A stretch of DNA of 64,000 nucleotides from Octopus sinensis (Eukaryota). The stretch is from NCBI RefSeq assembly GCF_006345805.1, contig NC_043002.1, positions 89,900,001 to 89,964,000 on the forward strand, written 5' to 3'. The notes under the pieces were generated by a model. It made no database searches and was not told the origin of the DNA. It saw nothing but the letters and a program-made list of their open reading frames with translations. The first letter of the stretch is position 1. Each line of letters begins with the position of its first letter. This document shows positions 40,956 to 52,954 of this stretch, in pieces. A program made the translations under genes and the position numbers.

Positions 40956-41228
40956 TTAAAAATTAACCTTTGATTGGTTAAAAACTGTGTTACACAGGAA
41001 TCCACACAGCTGAAGATTAATTGAATATGGTAGTTTGGTTTTAGCATCGCTAGTAAGGTATCTCTGGCTGATGCCTTCCAGTGGCATTGCCCTCAGAGTC
41101 ACTGAGGCACCTGAGCCACCACAATTCAGTCAACAAGGCTGGACCTTGTAGTGAATATTAGCAGAGATGTAGAGAAATTGTTACTCAAGATGAAGTTTGT
41201 AAATGATTGCTACTTTGTCTGACTTTAA

Positions 41229-41772
41229 GCCTATAGCATTCAGGTTCCTTTGTCAAATGTATTGCTTATTTATTCACATTGTTTTGAATTAATCCTACCA
41301 TTATTTTGTAGCTTCAAAATTTCAATAGCGTGTTTGTATATATTTAGAATGACATTGTAGGATAGGTGTGAGGTTTTTTGTTGTTTGTTCCTTCTCAAAC
41401 CATGCCTGGCTCATAAGGGCCAGTTTCCCGGTTTCTTGGCGTATAGGTTCTCCACCTGGACGGGACACCGGTCCGTCGCAGATGAGCTGCAAGATGCAGG
41501 AGGAGAGAGTGAGAGAAAGTTGTGGCGAGAGAGTCAGCAGAAGTTTGCCATTACCTTCTGCCGGAGCCGCGTGGAGCTTAGGTGTTTTCGCTCATAAACA
41601 CACACATCGCCCGGTCTGAGATTCGAACCTGCGATCCCTCGACCGTGAGTCCACTACTCTAACCACTAAGCCATGTGCCTCCACATAGGTGTGAGAGGTT
41701 GGATTTGGTCAGTTTTGACTTAAAACAGGTATAATATTTGGGCTGGATTTGGCTGGATTAAATGCTAAAGGG
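41229..41772. mobile_element. piggyBac-like MITE interrupted by a SINE
   Basis: TTAA at 41225-41228 and 41773-41776. The internal sequence matches the 40745 copy. Confidence 0.8.
41373..41684 (-). mobile_element. tRNA-derived SINE (family D) with 11-bp TSD
   Basis: The head has an A box (TGGCTTAGTGG) and a B box (GGTTCGAATC) on the minus strand. TSD ATAGGTGTGAG is at 41362-41372 and 41685-41695. Confidence 0.85.
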
Positions 41773-41787
41773 TTAATAGAACCAGAG

Positions 41788-41938
41788 CAGTGGTTCGAGG
41801 ACCCCTGGTGGTCGACAAAAGTAAAAGTTTATATATATATATATATATATATGTAAGGATAAGCAAATTGAAAGGAACTGTGGGAAAACCCATTTAAATA
41901 AAAGGGGTCCTTGGTAGTGAAAAGCTTGGGAACCACTG
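41788..41938. mobile_element. hAT (Charlie-like) MITE with 8-bp TSD
   Basis: Termini are CAGTGGTTC...GAACCACTG, flanked by AACCAGAG (41780-41787) and AACTAGAG (41939-41946). Confidence 0.75.
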
Positions 41939-44679
41939 AACTAGAGGAAGTTGTTAGCATTGCACTAGACATGAAATGTCCTTAATTTGCTTCCTTTCCT
42001 GCCACTTCAGTGGCTTCTATTTGCTTGAATTAATTATGTACCCTCTCCCCATCTCATGTCTATATACATGTCTCTCTAGTGCCTTTTTATAACTGCCACC
42101 TTGAGATTGAGTCCAGTATTTCTGCCTCTGGACTGAAACCCTCTGAAATTCACTTATACTCCTTATGAAAACATTGACTCACAAATGTTAAACATCAACA
42201 ATATCAGTCTCTGTCTCTCTCTGTGTCTCTGTCTGTCTGTCTGTCTGTCTGGCTGTGTCTCTCTCTCTCTATTGGAGAAAGGGTCTGCTTAAAATTTTAC
42301 AGTTATTATTCTTATCCTCTCATTAATTAACTCACACACACACACACAAATGAAGAAGGAAACTTTCTCATGGCATCAGCTGACAGGGAAAAATAAATGA
42401 GATCTTTAATATAGTTTCAAGTTCCTCTAAATTATGTCAAAAAAATAAAACCCAAAACAACAAAAAAAAAACAAACAAAAATACATTTTAAAAAATCACA
42501 AAAAAAATCAAAGCATAAAATTAAAAAACAAACAAAACAAAAGACTTCTAGTCAATTAATTGATGATGTTTTTTTTCTTTAATAACATTTGTATTTTATT
42601 TAGTTTATTTATTTATTTTGTTATTGTCAAATCAATATCGATATTCAGCTCTGTTTCCATTCCTCGTAAAATGTTTTTTCAAGTTCCTTCTCCAGTAAAA
42701 GGAATTGAATAAATTGTAACAGCTAACCTACTTACACAGTAATTACACTAATTTTATGAGGGCCATAATATTTTTTTGCAGTGTGTGAAGTTTTCTGAAG
42801 AAATCTATGTTAGCTTCCTAAGGGCCAGAGTCTCTGCAATAAAATATATTTATAGAAAAATAACAACAAAACAAAAACAAAAAAAAGTATCTATTTAATG
42901 GAAAACTAAAATTACTTGATCAATATTAATTTTGATTAGGGAATGATGAATTCAGTGGTATAGTTTAAAAATTGTGGGTTAGGAATTATAAAGATTTCTT
43001 TATTTTTAAATAATAATGATTTCATTGGAATAATGATGAAACTGTTAATGTAGTCTAGTTGAAAAGTGGTGCTGGAATCAATATATCTACCTAAACATTG
43101 GGACATTTCAGAAAATAGACTTAGGGATCAATTCTGTGAACCAGTGGTATATGGTTGGATAAATTTTCTTCAGTAATTTAGAAGACTAATTTAAAAGTAA
43201 CCTTTGATTGGTTAAAAACTGTGTTACACATGAATGCACACAGGAGGAGATTATTGAATATGGTAGTTTGGTTTTTGCATCATTAATAAGATATCTCTGG
43301 CTACTTATGCCAAATGGAAGATGGTGGAATAAAAGTTGAGGAAGATTTTCTACAAATATTGATGTGGGTGTGTGGTAAGAAGCTTGCTTCCCAACCATAT
43401 GATTCTGGGTACAGTCACATTGTGTGACACTTTGGGTGAGCGTCTTCTACTGTAGCTCTGGGCCATCCAAAATATTGTGAATGGATTTGGTAGCCAGAAA
43501 CTGAAAAAAGCCTATTGTATGCATGTATATATATATATATATATCATAATCATCATCATTTAGCATTTGTTTTCAATGCTGGCATGGGTTGTACAGTATG
43601 ATAGGAGCTGACCAGCTGAAGTACTGTTCAGACTCCCTGTCTGTTTTGGCATGGTTTCAACAGCTGGATTCCTTTCCTAATGCCAAACACTTTACAGGGT
43701 GCACTGGGTGCTTTTACGTAAAACTGGAATAGGTGCTTTTTATGTGGCACCAGCACCTATGAGCCTGCAAGATTAGGGTTGTAGGAGATGAGCTTGAATG
43801 CAAGGACAACCATGCCTTTATGTGTGTGTGTGTGCTCCTTGTATGTGTGTCTTTGTGTTTGCTACCCACTACTGCTTGACAACCAGTGTTGGTTTGTTTA
43901 TATCCTCATATCATAGTTGTTTGGCAAAAACAAACTGATTGAATAAGTATCAAAGTTATAAATACTGGGGTTGATTTGTTTGACAAAACCCTTCAAGGCA
44001 GTGCCCCAACAAGGCTGCAGTTCAGTGATTGAAATACATTAAAAGATGTTAATTATGAAATGTTATTTATGAATCATTAACAGTTTTAGCTGAGAAATGT
44101 ATTTTGTTGCGTAAAATAACTTTTCAGAGATATTGGGGAAAAATTGATTGGTGATAGAGAAGACTGACTGATGAGTGATCATCACTCTATCTATGACTGC
44201 ACTGTCTTCCCAGGACAACATTATTCCATGCATTATTTTATAAGAGGATAAAATTCAGGAGAGATTTGGCTGCTATTTCTAGCTTATCAAGAGACTTAGA
44301 GTAACTCCTTCATTGGTTCTTGAATGAATCAATTGTATTGGGCGTATGTGTTTGAAGAAAATGGGTGGGAGTAGGAGTATGTGTTTGAAAGAGATGGGTG
44401 GGAGTGGAATATGTGTTTCAGTAGAATCTCCTTTGTTTGATTTGTGTGTGTATCATCATCATCATTGAATGTCCATCTTTCCATGCTGGCATGAATTGGA
44501 CGGTTTGACTGGAGCTGGCAAGAACTGCATCACTCTGTGTTGTCTGCTTTGCCTTAGTTTCTACAGCTGGATACCATTCCTAACACCATCCACTTTATAG
44601 TGTACTATGTGCTTTTGACATGGCACCAACACACACACACACACATACACACACACACACACACACGCATACACACACA

Positions 44680-44717
<38 letters not shown>

Positions 44718-45039
44718 GAATTCTTCAGTGGCTAATCTAAATCATTCCAGAACACTATTTCTAATCATAGAAATTCATTAGCACATCGATTAAAATATAT
44801 CTATTTAGGGCCAGTTCATTCCAAGCCCTTAATGAATACTGAAAGAATGCATGCAACCATTTCCTTTCAAAATTAATTAAAATATAAATTATTAATAAAA
44901 ATAAATGCTTATAGCAAAAGTACATTTTATTATGCAGCCACAACTTGGGTAAATGGTTTTAGCTTTTGTCTGCATCACAGATTACACCTGACCAGAAGTA
45001 CTACCAATATTTACCTTCATTAACATTAGCAAGGTGTAC

Positions 45040-45245
45040 TTAGAAATGATCAGAGAAACCAGAGAAATTAAAGGGAGGAGGGTTGCATGGAAAGCAAAAG
45101 CTGCTCCAGGTCCTGATTCTGCTATTACATGCTCCCACTGTAACCATGAATTTTATGCTGATGTTGGACAAATAAGCCACCCCCAGAACCACAAAAATTA
45201 AAGCTGTTCCTCTGGTCATCTTCAGGGACATGAAGGATGAACATT
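45040..45245 (+). mobile_element. RTE-type LINE 3' end
   Basis: KGRRVAWK...TCSHCNHEFYADVGQISHPQNH matches the RTE C-terminal CxxC..IGxxSHxxxH motif. It is followed by a GTCATCTTC..GAAGGATGAAC 3' UTR hairpin-like end. Confidence 0.55.
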
Positions 45246-46597
45246 TAATTACCAATAACCGAGTGTCATCAACATGCACAAGGGCTATTACCAGGTATCC
45301 ACTCATGTGAATGTTTATTCACAAGGAGTCTCACCAGCATATCCTCATCAATGTTTCCAAGGAGTGCTAGCAGCAGTCAACTCTTATCAATATTTCCAAG
45401 GAGTACTATCATACTTGTCAATGTTAATAAGGAGTATTACCAGGAATCCAACATGGCCCATACAGAATTAATGGTAATCTTTAACAAAACCTCAATAATT
45501 GTCATGACATGAAAGACCTCATGGATATCAGTAAACCAATATACATAAGTGTGAACCAACCCTTGGGGCTCCTGTTTCTAATCCAGCTGAAGTCAGACCA
45601 TCCTAATTTCACACTAACTGAATATAATAAATATCTCACTGTGAGACCAGCTTTTTGATAAATGTTTAGATGAATCTTAAATGGTGTTTTATTAGAAATA
45701 CTACTTAAAAGATAATGGAAACTAACCATAATCGTCACAAGAAACAGTATTTGTGGCTTAGAATTCAATTAAGATCTTCTAATTGACTGGCTTTGAATGT
45801 TTTAATGATAGAGTATCTATGATTTGGCAGAAATTGTAGCTGAAGGGCAACTGGAAAATGTTCCTTTGCTTTCCTTTCTTTGAATACAGAATATATTCAG
45901 AGAAGCTAACTATAGCAGCAGTGTTTTCACTGTGTACATGTCTGTGTATATGATGTGTGTGTGTGTGTGTCTGTTTGTATATCACACACATTACATTTGT
46001 ATTCATGGAGGGAATGCAAACCTGTGTGTGTGTGTGTGTGTGTATGTGTGTGTGTGTGTAGTGTGTGAAGCTATGAGGCTAGTGAAATGTTAAAATATGA
46101 ATTTACACTGAAAGTAGATACCATTCCATGCAAATAAATAAATCTCCGAGTATTTTATGGTCCATTGACTAAAGAAGCTACATTTAAGATTCTGGCTACT
46201 TTTTTCCTTTCTTTCTTGTTTTATTTTTAATTCCTTTAGTTACTTAGCGATGGAGTGTTTTAAACATAGGTAGCGCTAGATGTATAAATGTAGTAGTAGA
46301 CATAAAGACATACTACCAGATGTATAGATATTATGCCAGATATGTAGATGTATTGTTAGATGTAAAGATGTAGTTATAGATGTCTAGATGTATAGATGTA
46401 TAGATACCGTACCAGATGTATAACTTAAAGTAGCAAATTCAAGTTCTGTGTAAAATGTGTTGTACAAGTTGTTGAAAGGTAAAGTTATTGGACTAGTTGC
46501 CTTTATTGAATGAAAGTTTAGTTTCTCACGTGCATGGTTCTTATCTCTGCAGTAACCTACATGACTGAAAAATCACTCACTCACACATGCATGCCCG

Positions 46598-46640
<43 letters not shown>

Positions 46641-47054
46641 ACAAACACACACACAAACACACACACAGATACACACATATCTGAGTTTATATGATTCTCT
46701 CTTTTACTCTCATTTACTTGTTTCAGTCATTTAACTGTGGCCATGCTGGAGCATCGCTTTTAGTCAAACAAAATGACCCCAGGACTTATTCTGTGTAAGC
46801 CTAGTACTTATTCTATCAGTCTCTTTTGCTGAATCACTAAGTTACGGTTGTCAAGCGATGTTGGGGGGGGGACAAACACAGACACACAAACACATACACA
46901 CACATACATATACATATACATATATACGACGGGCTTCTTTCAGTTTCCGTCTACCAAATCCACTCACAAGGCTTTGGTCGGCCCGAGGCTATAGTAGAAG
47001 ACACTTGCCCAAGGTGCTATGCAGTGGGATTGCATGGCATTGTGTATGGAAGAA

Positions 47055-47300
47055 TATATTAATCAATGGAAGCCCAACTAAGTCTGATTTTCACGTTTTA
47101 TTATTTGCAATTTTTACAATTTTACAGTATTGAAATAAAGTAGCCCTTTTATGCTTTTCAAAACTGTAGAACACGACTGTCACTACATAAGCCTGATGAT
47201 TGTGGAATACATGAAAGTACTAGTTTATTTCAATATGGTAAAATTGTAAAAACTGCAAACAATAAAATGTAAAAATCAGACTAAGTTGGAATTTCATTGA

Positions 47301-47308
<8 letters not shown>
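47055..47308. repeat. Fold-back inverted repeat (~88 bp arms) carrying a hammerhead
   Basis: 47055-47143 is the reverse complement of 47220-47308 with scattered mismatches. Confidence 0.9.
47188..47227 (+). ncRNA. Minimal type I hammerhead ribozyme motif
   Basis: TAAGC-CTGATGA-TTGTGGAATACAT-GAAA-GTAC-TA-GTTTA. Stem I is TAAGC/GTTTA (one GU), the core is canonical, stem II is TGT/ACA with a U-U at its base, and loop III is the palindrome GTAC. Confidence 0.75.
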
Positions 47309-47338
<30 letters not shown>

Positions 47339-47544
47339 AATTGAGATAGTGGTTTAATAAATTATGTGATTGGGTATTATCTGGTAGTTGATCATTGATT
47401 GAGATGTGTTTCTCCATTTTCTTATTTTGTATTATATATATATATATATATGTATGTATATATATGTGTGTATGTATATATATGTGTGTATGTATATATA
47501 TGTGTGTAAGTATATATATATATATATGTATGTATGTATATATA

Positions 47545-47587
<43 letters not shown>

Positions 47588-47590
47588 ATA

Positions 47591-47651
<61 letters not shown>

Positions 47652-47773
47652 TATATATATACATACGTACATACCATACATATATATATATATATATAAA
47701 TAGATGAGTGTATTTTACCTTGTTAACAATTAACACGGATAAATGAATGAATAGTTACCAGGGCAGCAAAATC

Positions 47774-50375
47774 TCTTTGACAAAAATGACATCAACAACA
47801 CACAATAAGATCAATTCATTCATCAACCGAATAAGATGGCTTACTTTTTCTTTGACAAAAATGACACTCAACAACACACTAATGATAAAACATCTGAGTT
47901 CAGCAAGTTATTTAAATCTAAAAATAGTCCGCCGCCTAACCCAAGGTTGAAGCAATTTGAAGATGATCTCTGGTCCATTGTGAGAAATGTAAAATTTCAA
48001 CGGTCACCACTAAGAAATAAACATCTGAGGTATCTTCGCAACATCACCAAAGAAATCAATTCTATGGATACTATGTTGGTTCAATCTGATAAGACTGGTA
48101 ATCTGTACAAACTTTATAAAGACTATTATTTGGAATTACTTGAAAAGAAATTCAGAAAAAGTATAAAATTGCTGATAAAAGAATACTTAAGAAAGCCAAC
48201 ATCGAGGCTATGAAAGTCATGGAGAATATAACCTACAAATGAAGACAGAACCACTTGTTCCTAAGCAACCTAGGTTTTTTTGAAGGATCACAAACCAAAT
48301 TTTTTTACTAACCCATCATTAAGGCTTATCTGCCCTTCTAGCTCTGACATCGGTATCCTTAGTAAAAATATACTAGATAAATATATTCCTAATCTAATCA
48401 AAACATTAAAACTTAGCTTATGGACTAATTCATTTGACGTAGTTGACTGGTTTAGGTCTATTAACAGTAAGGTGAGTACGAAGTTTATCCAGTTTGATAT
48501 TTCCAATTTTTATTCGTCTATTAATCCTATAGTACTTAATAAGGCACTTTGGCTTGCTCATAACAAAGCTGGTCTCACCCGAGAAGAAATTAATGTTGTG
48601 TTGGCAGCCAGAAGATCTATTATTAAATTTGATGATAAGTTGTGGGTCCGTAAAGACACACCAGATAGTTTCGATATACCTATGGGAAGTTCTGATTCAG
48701 CACAGATAGCTGATTTGGTCTGTATATACATTCTTTTTGAAATGGCTGAAGAGTTCCCTAACATTTATGGAGGTCTATATCGTGATGATTGTTTACTTTA
48801 CCTCCAAAATGTTTCTAACCAAAAGGTACAAAAAGTTAAGAACAGTTTAGTTAAATTTTCAGTAGAATGGGCTTAAAAATCGTTTTTGATGACGATCTGA
48901 CGAAGGCCAACTTTTTAGATATTACCCTTAATTTACACAGTGACTCTTACTTCCCATATCATAAACCGTTGACCAATCTTAAGTACATTAGCAAATTTAG
49001 TAATCATCCTGGAGCAATTACTAAGAATTTAGTTAAGAATATTTCATTTAGATTATCTAAATTATCTGCTAATGTTGATATTTTCAATAATAACGCTGAA
49101 TTCTATAACTCTGCCTTAATCAAAGCAGGTTATACAGAAAAAATTTTCTACATTGATTCTGCTCAGTCTAATTGTAAATTCAATAATGTAGATAAGATTT
49201 CTAGTCGTAAAAGAATTATTGATAACAAACATAACTTACGCACCGATACAAAGCGAATGAAGGCAGATAACCCTTATTTATTCCCCTATTACCGATCTAA
49301 AAGTAAATATAACACCTTCAAAAGTAATTACGCTATGAATACTAGTAAAAATATTTGGTTAATAATTCCTTACGGGAGACAATTAAATCTAATCTCCCAC
49401 TGCTGTTTCGTCAAGCTATTGCTAGGAATTTTCCAAATAATTCTAGATATTACTCTATAATTAATTCACATAAGGTTAGGATAGGTTTTTCAAACACAAA
49501 AAATCTCTTGCAAATTATATCTTCTCATAATAACAAACTGTTAAATATTAATACATTTACTAATACTAACATTAATTTAGCTACTACCATCCAACCCTCT
49601 AGAAATATTAATAACAAGGTTATTGTATCTGAAGTCAATCCCAATAGAATTAAATTTATGTCAAGTAACTCTAAGATTAAAAATTCTATATACCAGTGTA
49701 TAATCAGTACTCGTAATAAAGTACGATTTTACATTGGAAGCACATCGTTAGAGTTATCTAAGAGAATTTCTATCCATTACTCAACATTTAGAGATAGAAA
49801 TAAACGGAATAGTACCGGTCTCAGCAAACTGATTTGGAATTTAAAAGACCACAATGAACAATTTCATTTGGAATGGTTGATCCTCTCAATTTCGATACCA
49901 TATGACAAAGGCAAGAAATTCTGTCTTCTCTGCAATTCTGAGCTATTTTTCATTATTTTTTCTAAAAATACTCTAGTAAACACGGTTATAGAACGAGCAT
50001 ACAGATGTAAGCATTGGCAAAAGCATACTTTTAGTGCATATAAGTAGTCTCTATCATTATATATAGTTTAGACTTTAATTTCCTTTATATTTAACATTCA
50101 CTATTAATATCCCTACTCTTTCTGTTAGCTACTTATGACGTTATATCATATAACGTTTTTTTAAACAATATTAATAGCGTTCTGTCTATCGCTATACGAA
50201 TCCATCATTTTTTGCTAAAATGTCGTATTGACAAGTTTCGTTTTTTCACTTTCCCGAAGAGAAGATTGCATTGTTTATACCTTTTATTCTTTTGAATAAG
50301 TATCAGTGGAATTTTTGAAACATATGTAGAAAGAAAAAATACTTGTTTAAACCTGCGTTGACTCCATTTTTTATT

Positions 50376-50377
<2 letters not shown>
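47774..50377 (+). mobile_element. Penelope-like retroelement (Naiad-type; RT + C-terminal GIY-YIG endonuclease), 5'-truncated, embedded in (TA)n
   Basis: Consecutive + ORFs 47836-48213, 48280-48876, 48867-49460 and 49355-50047 join into one PLE ORF. N-terminal region: KINSFINRIRW/AYFF, FKSKNSPPP..FEDDL, DKTGNLY, LKDHKPNF..NP..RLI. RT: FDISNFY (~48493), PMGS (~48682), YRDD (48778-48789). GIY-YIG: SIY..YIG (49730-49738) with KR..H, followed by CLLC..E..N..CKH. A ~330 bp 3' non-coding tail ends at a (TA)n tract. Confidence 0.92.
47807..50047 (+). pseudogene. Disrupted PLE RT/GIY-YIG ORF (at least five frameshifts, one TGA at ~48238)
   Basis: Motifs continue across frames at ~47838, ~48145, ~48240-48280, ~48868 and ~49375. 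The catalytic YRDD and the GIY-YIG R/E/N residues are still recognisable. Confidence 0.88.
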
Positions 50378-50416
<39 letters not shown>

Positions 50417-50968
50417 AAGTGAATGGACAAATGGAAGAAAAGGACACTCAAATACATTTAGTAGGAGTTATATGTAGTATTTAAAAGTTTGATTTTGCTC
50501 CACATGACTTAAAGTTTTGTAGGCCTCTGTCTCTTTTGGGTTTTAGATTACAGAACCAGTAATCTAAAACCTGAAAGCGACAGACTTCTGTTAGAGGCTT
50601 GCAAAACTTTAAGTTGCATGGAGCTTTGTGGTTAGAAGCTTGCTAGCCAACCACATTGTTCTAGGTTCAGTCCCACTGTGTGGTACTTTGCACAAGTATC
50701 TTCTGTATCCTTGGGCCAACCAGAGCCTTGTGAGTGGATTTAATAGACAGAAACTGAAAGAAGCCTATTGTGTATGTATATCATCATCATCATCATCATC
50801 ATTTAGCGTCTGTTTTCCATGCTAGCATGGGTTGGACGGTTTAATTGGGGTCTGTGAAGCCGGAAGGCTTCATCAGGCCCAGTCAGATTTGGCAGTGTTT
50901 CTACGGCTGGATGCCCTTCCTAATGCCAACCACTCCGTGAGTGTAGTGGGTGCTTTTTACATGCCACC

Positions 50969-51026
<58 letters not shown>

Positions 51027-52615
51027 TGTGAGTGTGTGTGTGTGTTTTTGTTTGCCCCCTCCCCCACTGCTTGATGACTGGCACTGGTGTGTTAATCTAG
51101 TGGTTCAGCTAAAGAGACTGATAGAACAAGTACCAAGCTTTAAAAGACAAAATACTGGGGTTGATTCATTCAACTAAAAAATTTCTTCAAGGCAGTGCCC
51201 CAGCATGGCTGCAGTCTAATGACTGAAACAAGTAAAAGAAAAAAGAGAGTGGCTGTGTGGTAAATAGCTTGCTTACCAACCACATGGTTCCAGGTTCAGT
51301 TCCACTATGTGGCACCTTGGGCAAATGTCTTCTAAAATAGCCTTGGGCTGACCAAAGCCTTCTGAGTGGATTTGGCAGATGGAAACTGAAAGAAGCCCAA
51401 GGTCAATTGTCAAATGTAATCCTTATTTATTCACATTGTTTTGAATTATTCATAGCTTCAAGATTTTGACATGATTATTTATCTTAGAAAGATATTGTAG
51501 GGTATGTGTGAGAGGCTGGATCTAGCTAGTTTGAACATAAAACAGACAGAATATTTGGGTCAGATATAGCTGGTTTAAATGCTAACAGGTTAAAACAATA
51601 TATGTTAGAAGTTCTGATGAATTGGTTAGTTCTTCCATTAGCCAGTTCACATACGGAGACTGAAATATTGCTAATCTCTCTCTCTGTCTCTGTATATAAT
51701 TTATATATTTTTAGTCACAGAAGTCAAAAATGACATACTAGTTCTTAATTTATAGAATATATCAGTAAATATGTTGATTTAAAAAAAAAAAATTTGTTTG
51801 TAAAATATTGTGGGGGAAAAACCGTTTTATAGTGCATTTCAATGTTATAATATTAGTATATCTACAAAGAGCTTCTGTCTGAGGTGGTGATAGTGGTAGC
51901 AGATCATTGTTTTATGGTGGGAGGTGATGGTATATAGTAGAAATGGAGCGTAAAATAATAATTCAGAAATTTATGTGCATCTTTCACATCTTAATTCCCA
52001 GATGGATCAATAAAGTGAAGTATAATTAAAATTGGGGATTGAATTGGTTCTACTTATTCATTAGTTCCAAGTTAATTGGCTGAAGTATGTCCCCTCTAAC
52101 TCCCCTTCTCTACACACATTCTTCTATACTTTAAAATGGGAACATCTTTTTGTTCAAGTTTATTGCATTAAAAATATGACCGTTCCATTTTGCAGTACTA
52201 AATTTTTTTTTTGTCTTTTTGTATGTCCATCCTAGTTTCTTTGTTAGTGTAGTTTTATTGTATCTATACATATTCCCGAAACCCAATTCATTGATGTTCC
52301 AAGGCTAGAGGATTCTATAATAAGGATTTTTGGCTATAGAACAACAGATATTCTGTGTTCTTTGTTGTATCTAAATGGTTTCTAGTCTTTGTGTGTTTGG
52401 GTTATTGTAAACAATGTGGTAATTGGAAGAATGGATTTAATAGAAGCATTTCAATGTTTCCTGGTAGTTTTGTTTTGTGTGTGATGAGGGTTGGGGTATG
52501 TTGGAAAATTAGAGCCAAGAACATTGCTAACCATCATGTTTTATGTGAAATCTGACATGAACAGTCATAATACATTTAAACATATTACCTGTTGACAGTT
52601 GGCTTATATTTAATC

Positions 52616-52954
52616 TTGTTGTATTTAGGAATGGTCATTTTGCCAGTTTAGCCAATAAAAACACACGCACTATATATTTGGTGTTACTTTGCTTCAGTGT
52701 TATTTATTTTTTACATTAATCTTAATCTTATTTCGGCCAAAGTTCTTTCGTCACACTCCTGTGACCGCATCAGTGGTCCTTTGTTTTCTTCTTACTTATT
52801 TGTGTCTCTCCTTACTAACCGAAAGAACTCTGACCGAAATAAGATTAAGATTAATGTAAAAAATAAATAACACTGAAGCAAAGTAACACCAAATATATAG
52901 TGCGTGTGTTTTTATTGGCTAAACTGGCAAAATGACCATTCCTAAATACAACAA
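52616..52954. repeat. Fold-back inverted repeat (~135 bp arms, near perfect) carrying a hammerhead
   Basis: 52616-52750 is the reverse complement of 52820-52954. Confidence 0.92.
52735..52779 (-). ncRNA. Type I hammerhead-like motif (A9C, one extra G)
   Basis: Minus strand GGACCA-CTGATGC-G-GTCAC AGGAGT GTGAC-GAAA-GAAC-TT-TGGCC. Stem II is 5 bp perfect and stem I starts CCA/TGG. The inverted copy reads GAAAGAAC-TC at 52821-52830. Confidence 0.55.

Noticed and set aside
44165-44195. CTGATGA-GTGATCATCAC as a hammerhead
   Set aside because: A hairpin is present, but it is followed by TCTA rather than GAAA, and there is no stem I or stem III.
48230-50047. Selenocysteine recoding in the Naiad-type ORF
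   Set aside because: There is no in-frame TGA at Cys positions of the endonuclease. The only relevant TGA (~48238) lies between frameshifts, and no SECIS was recognised.
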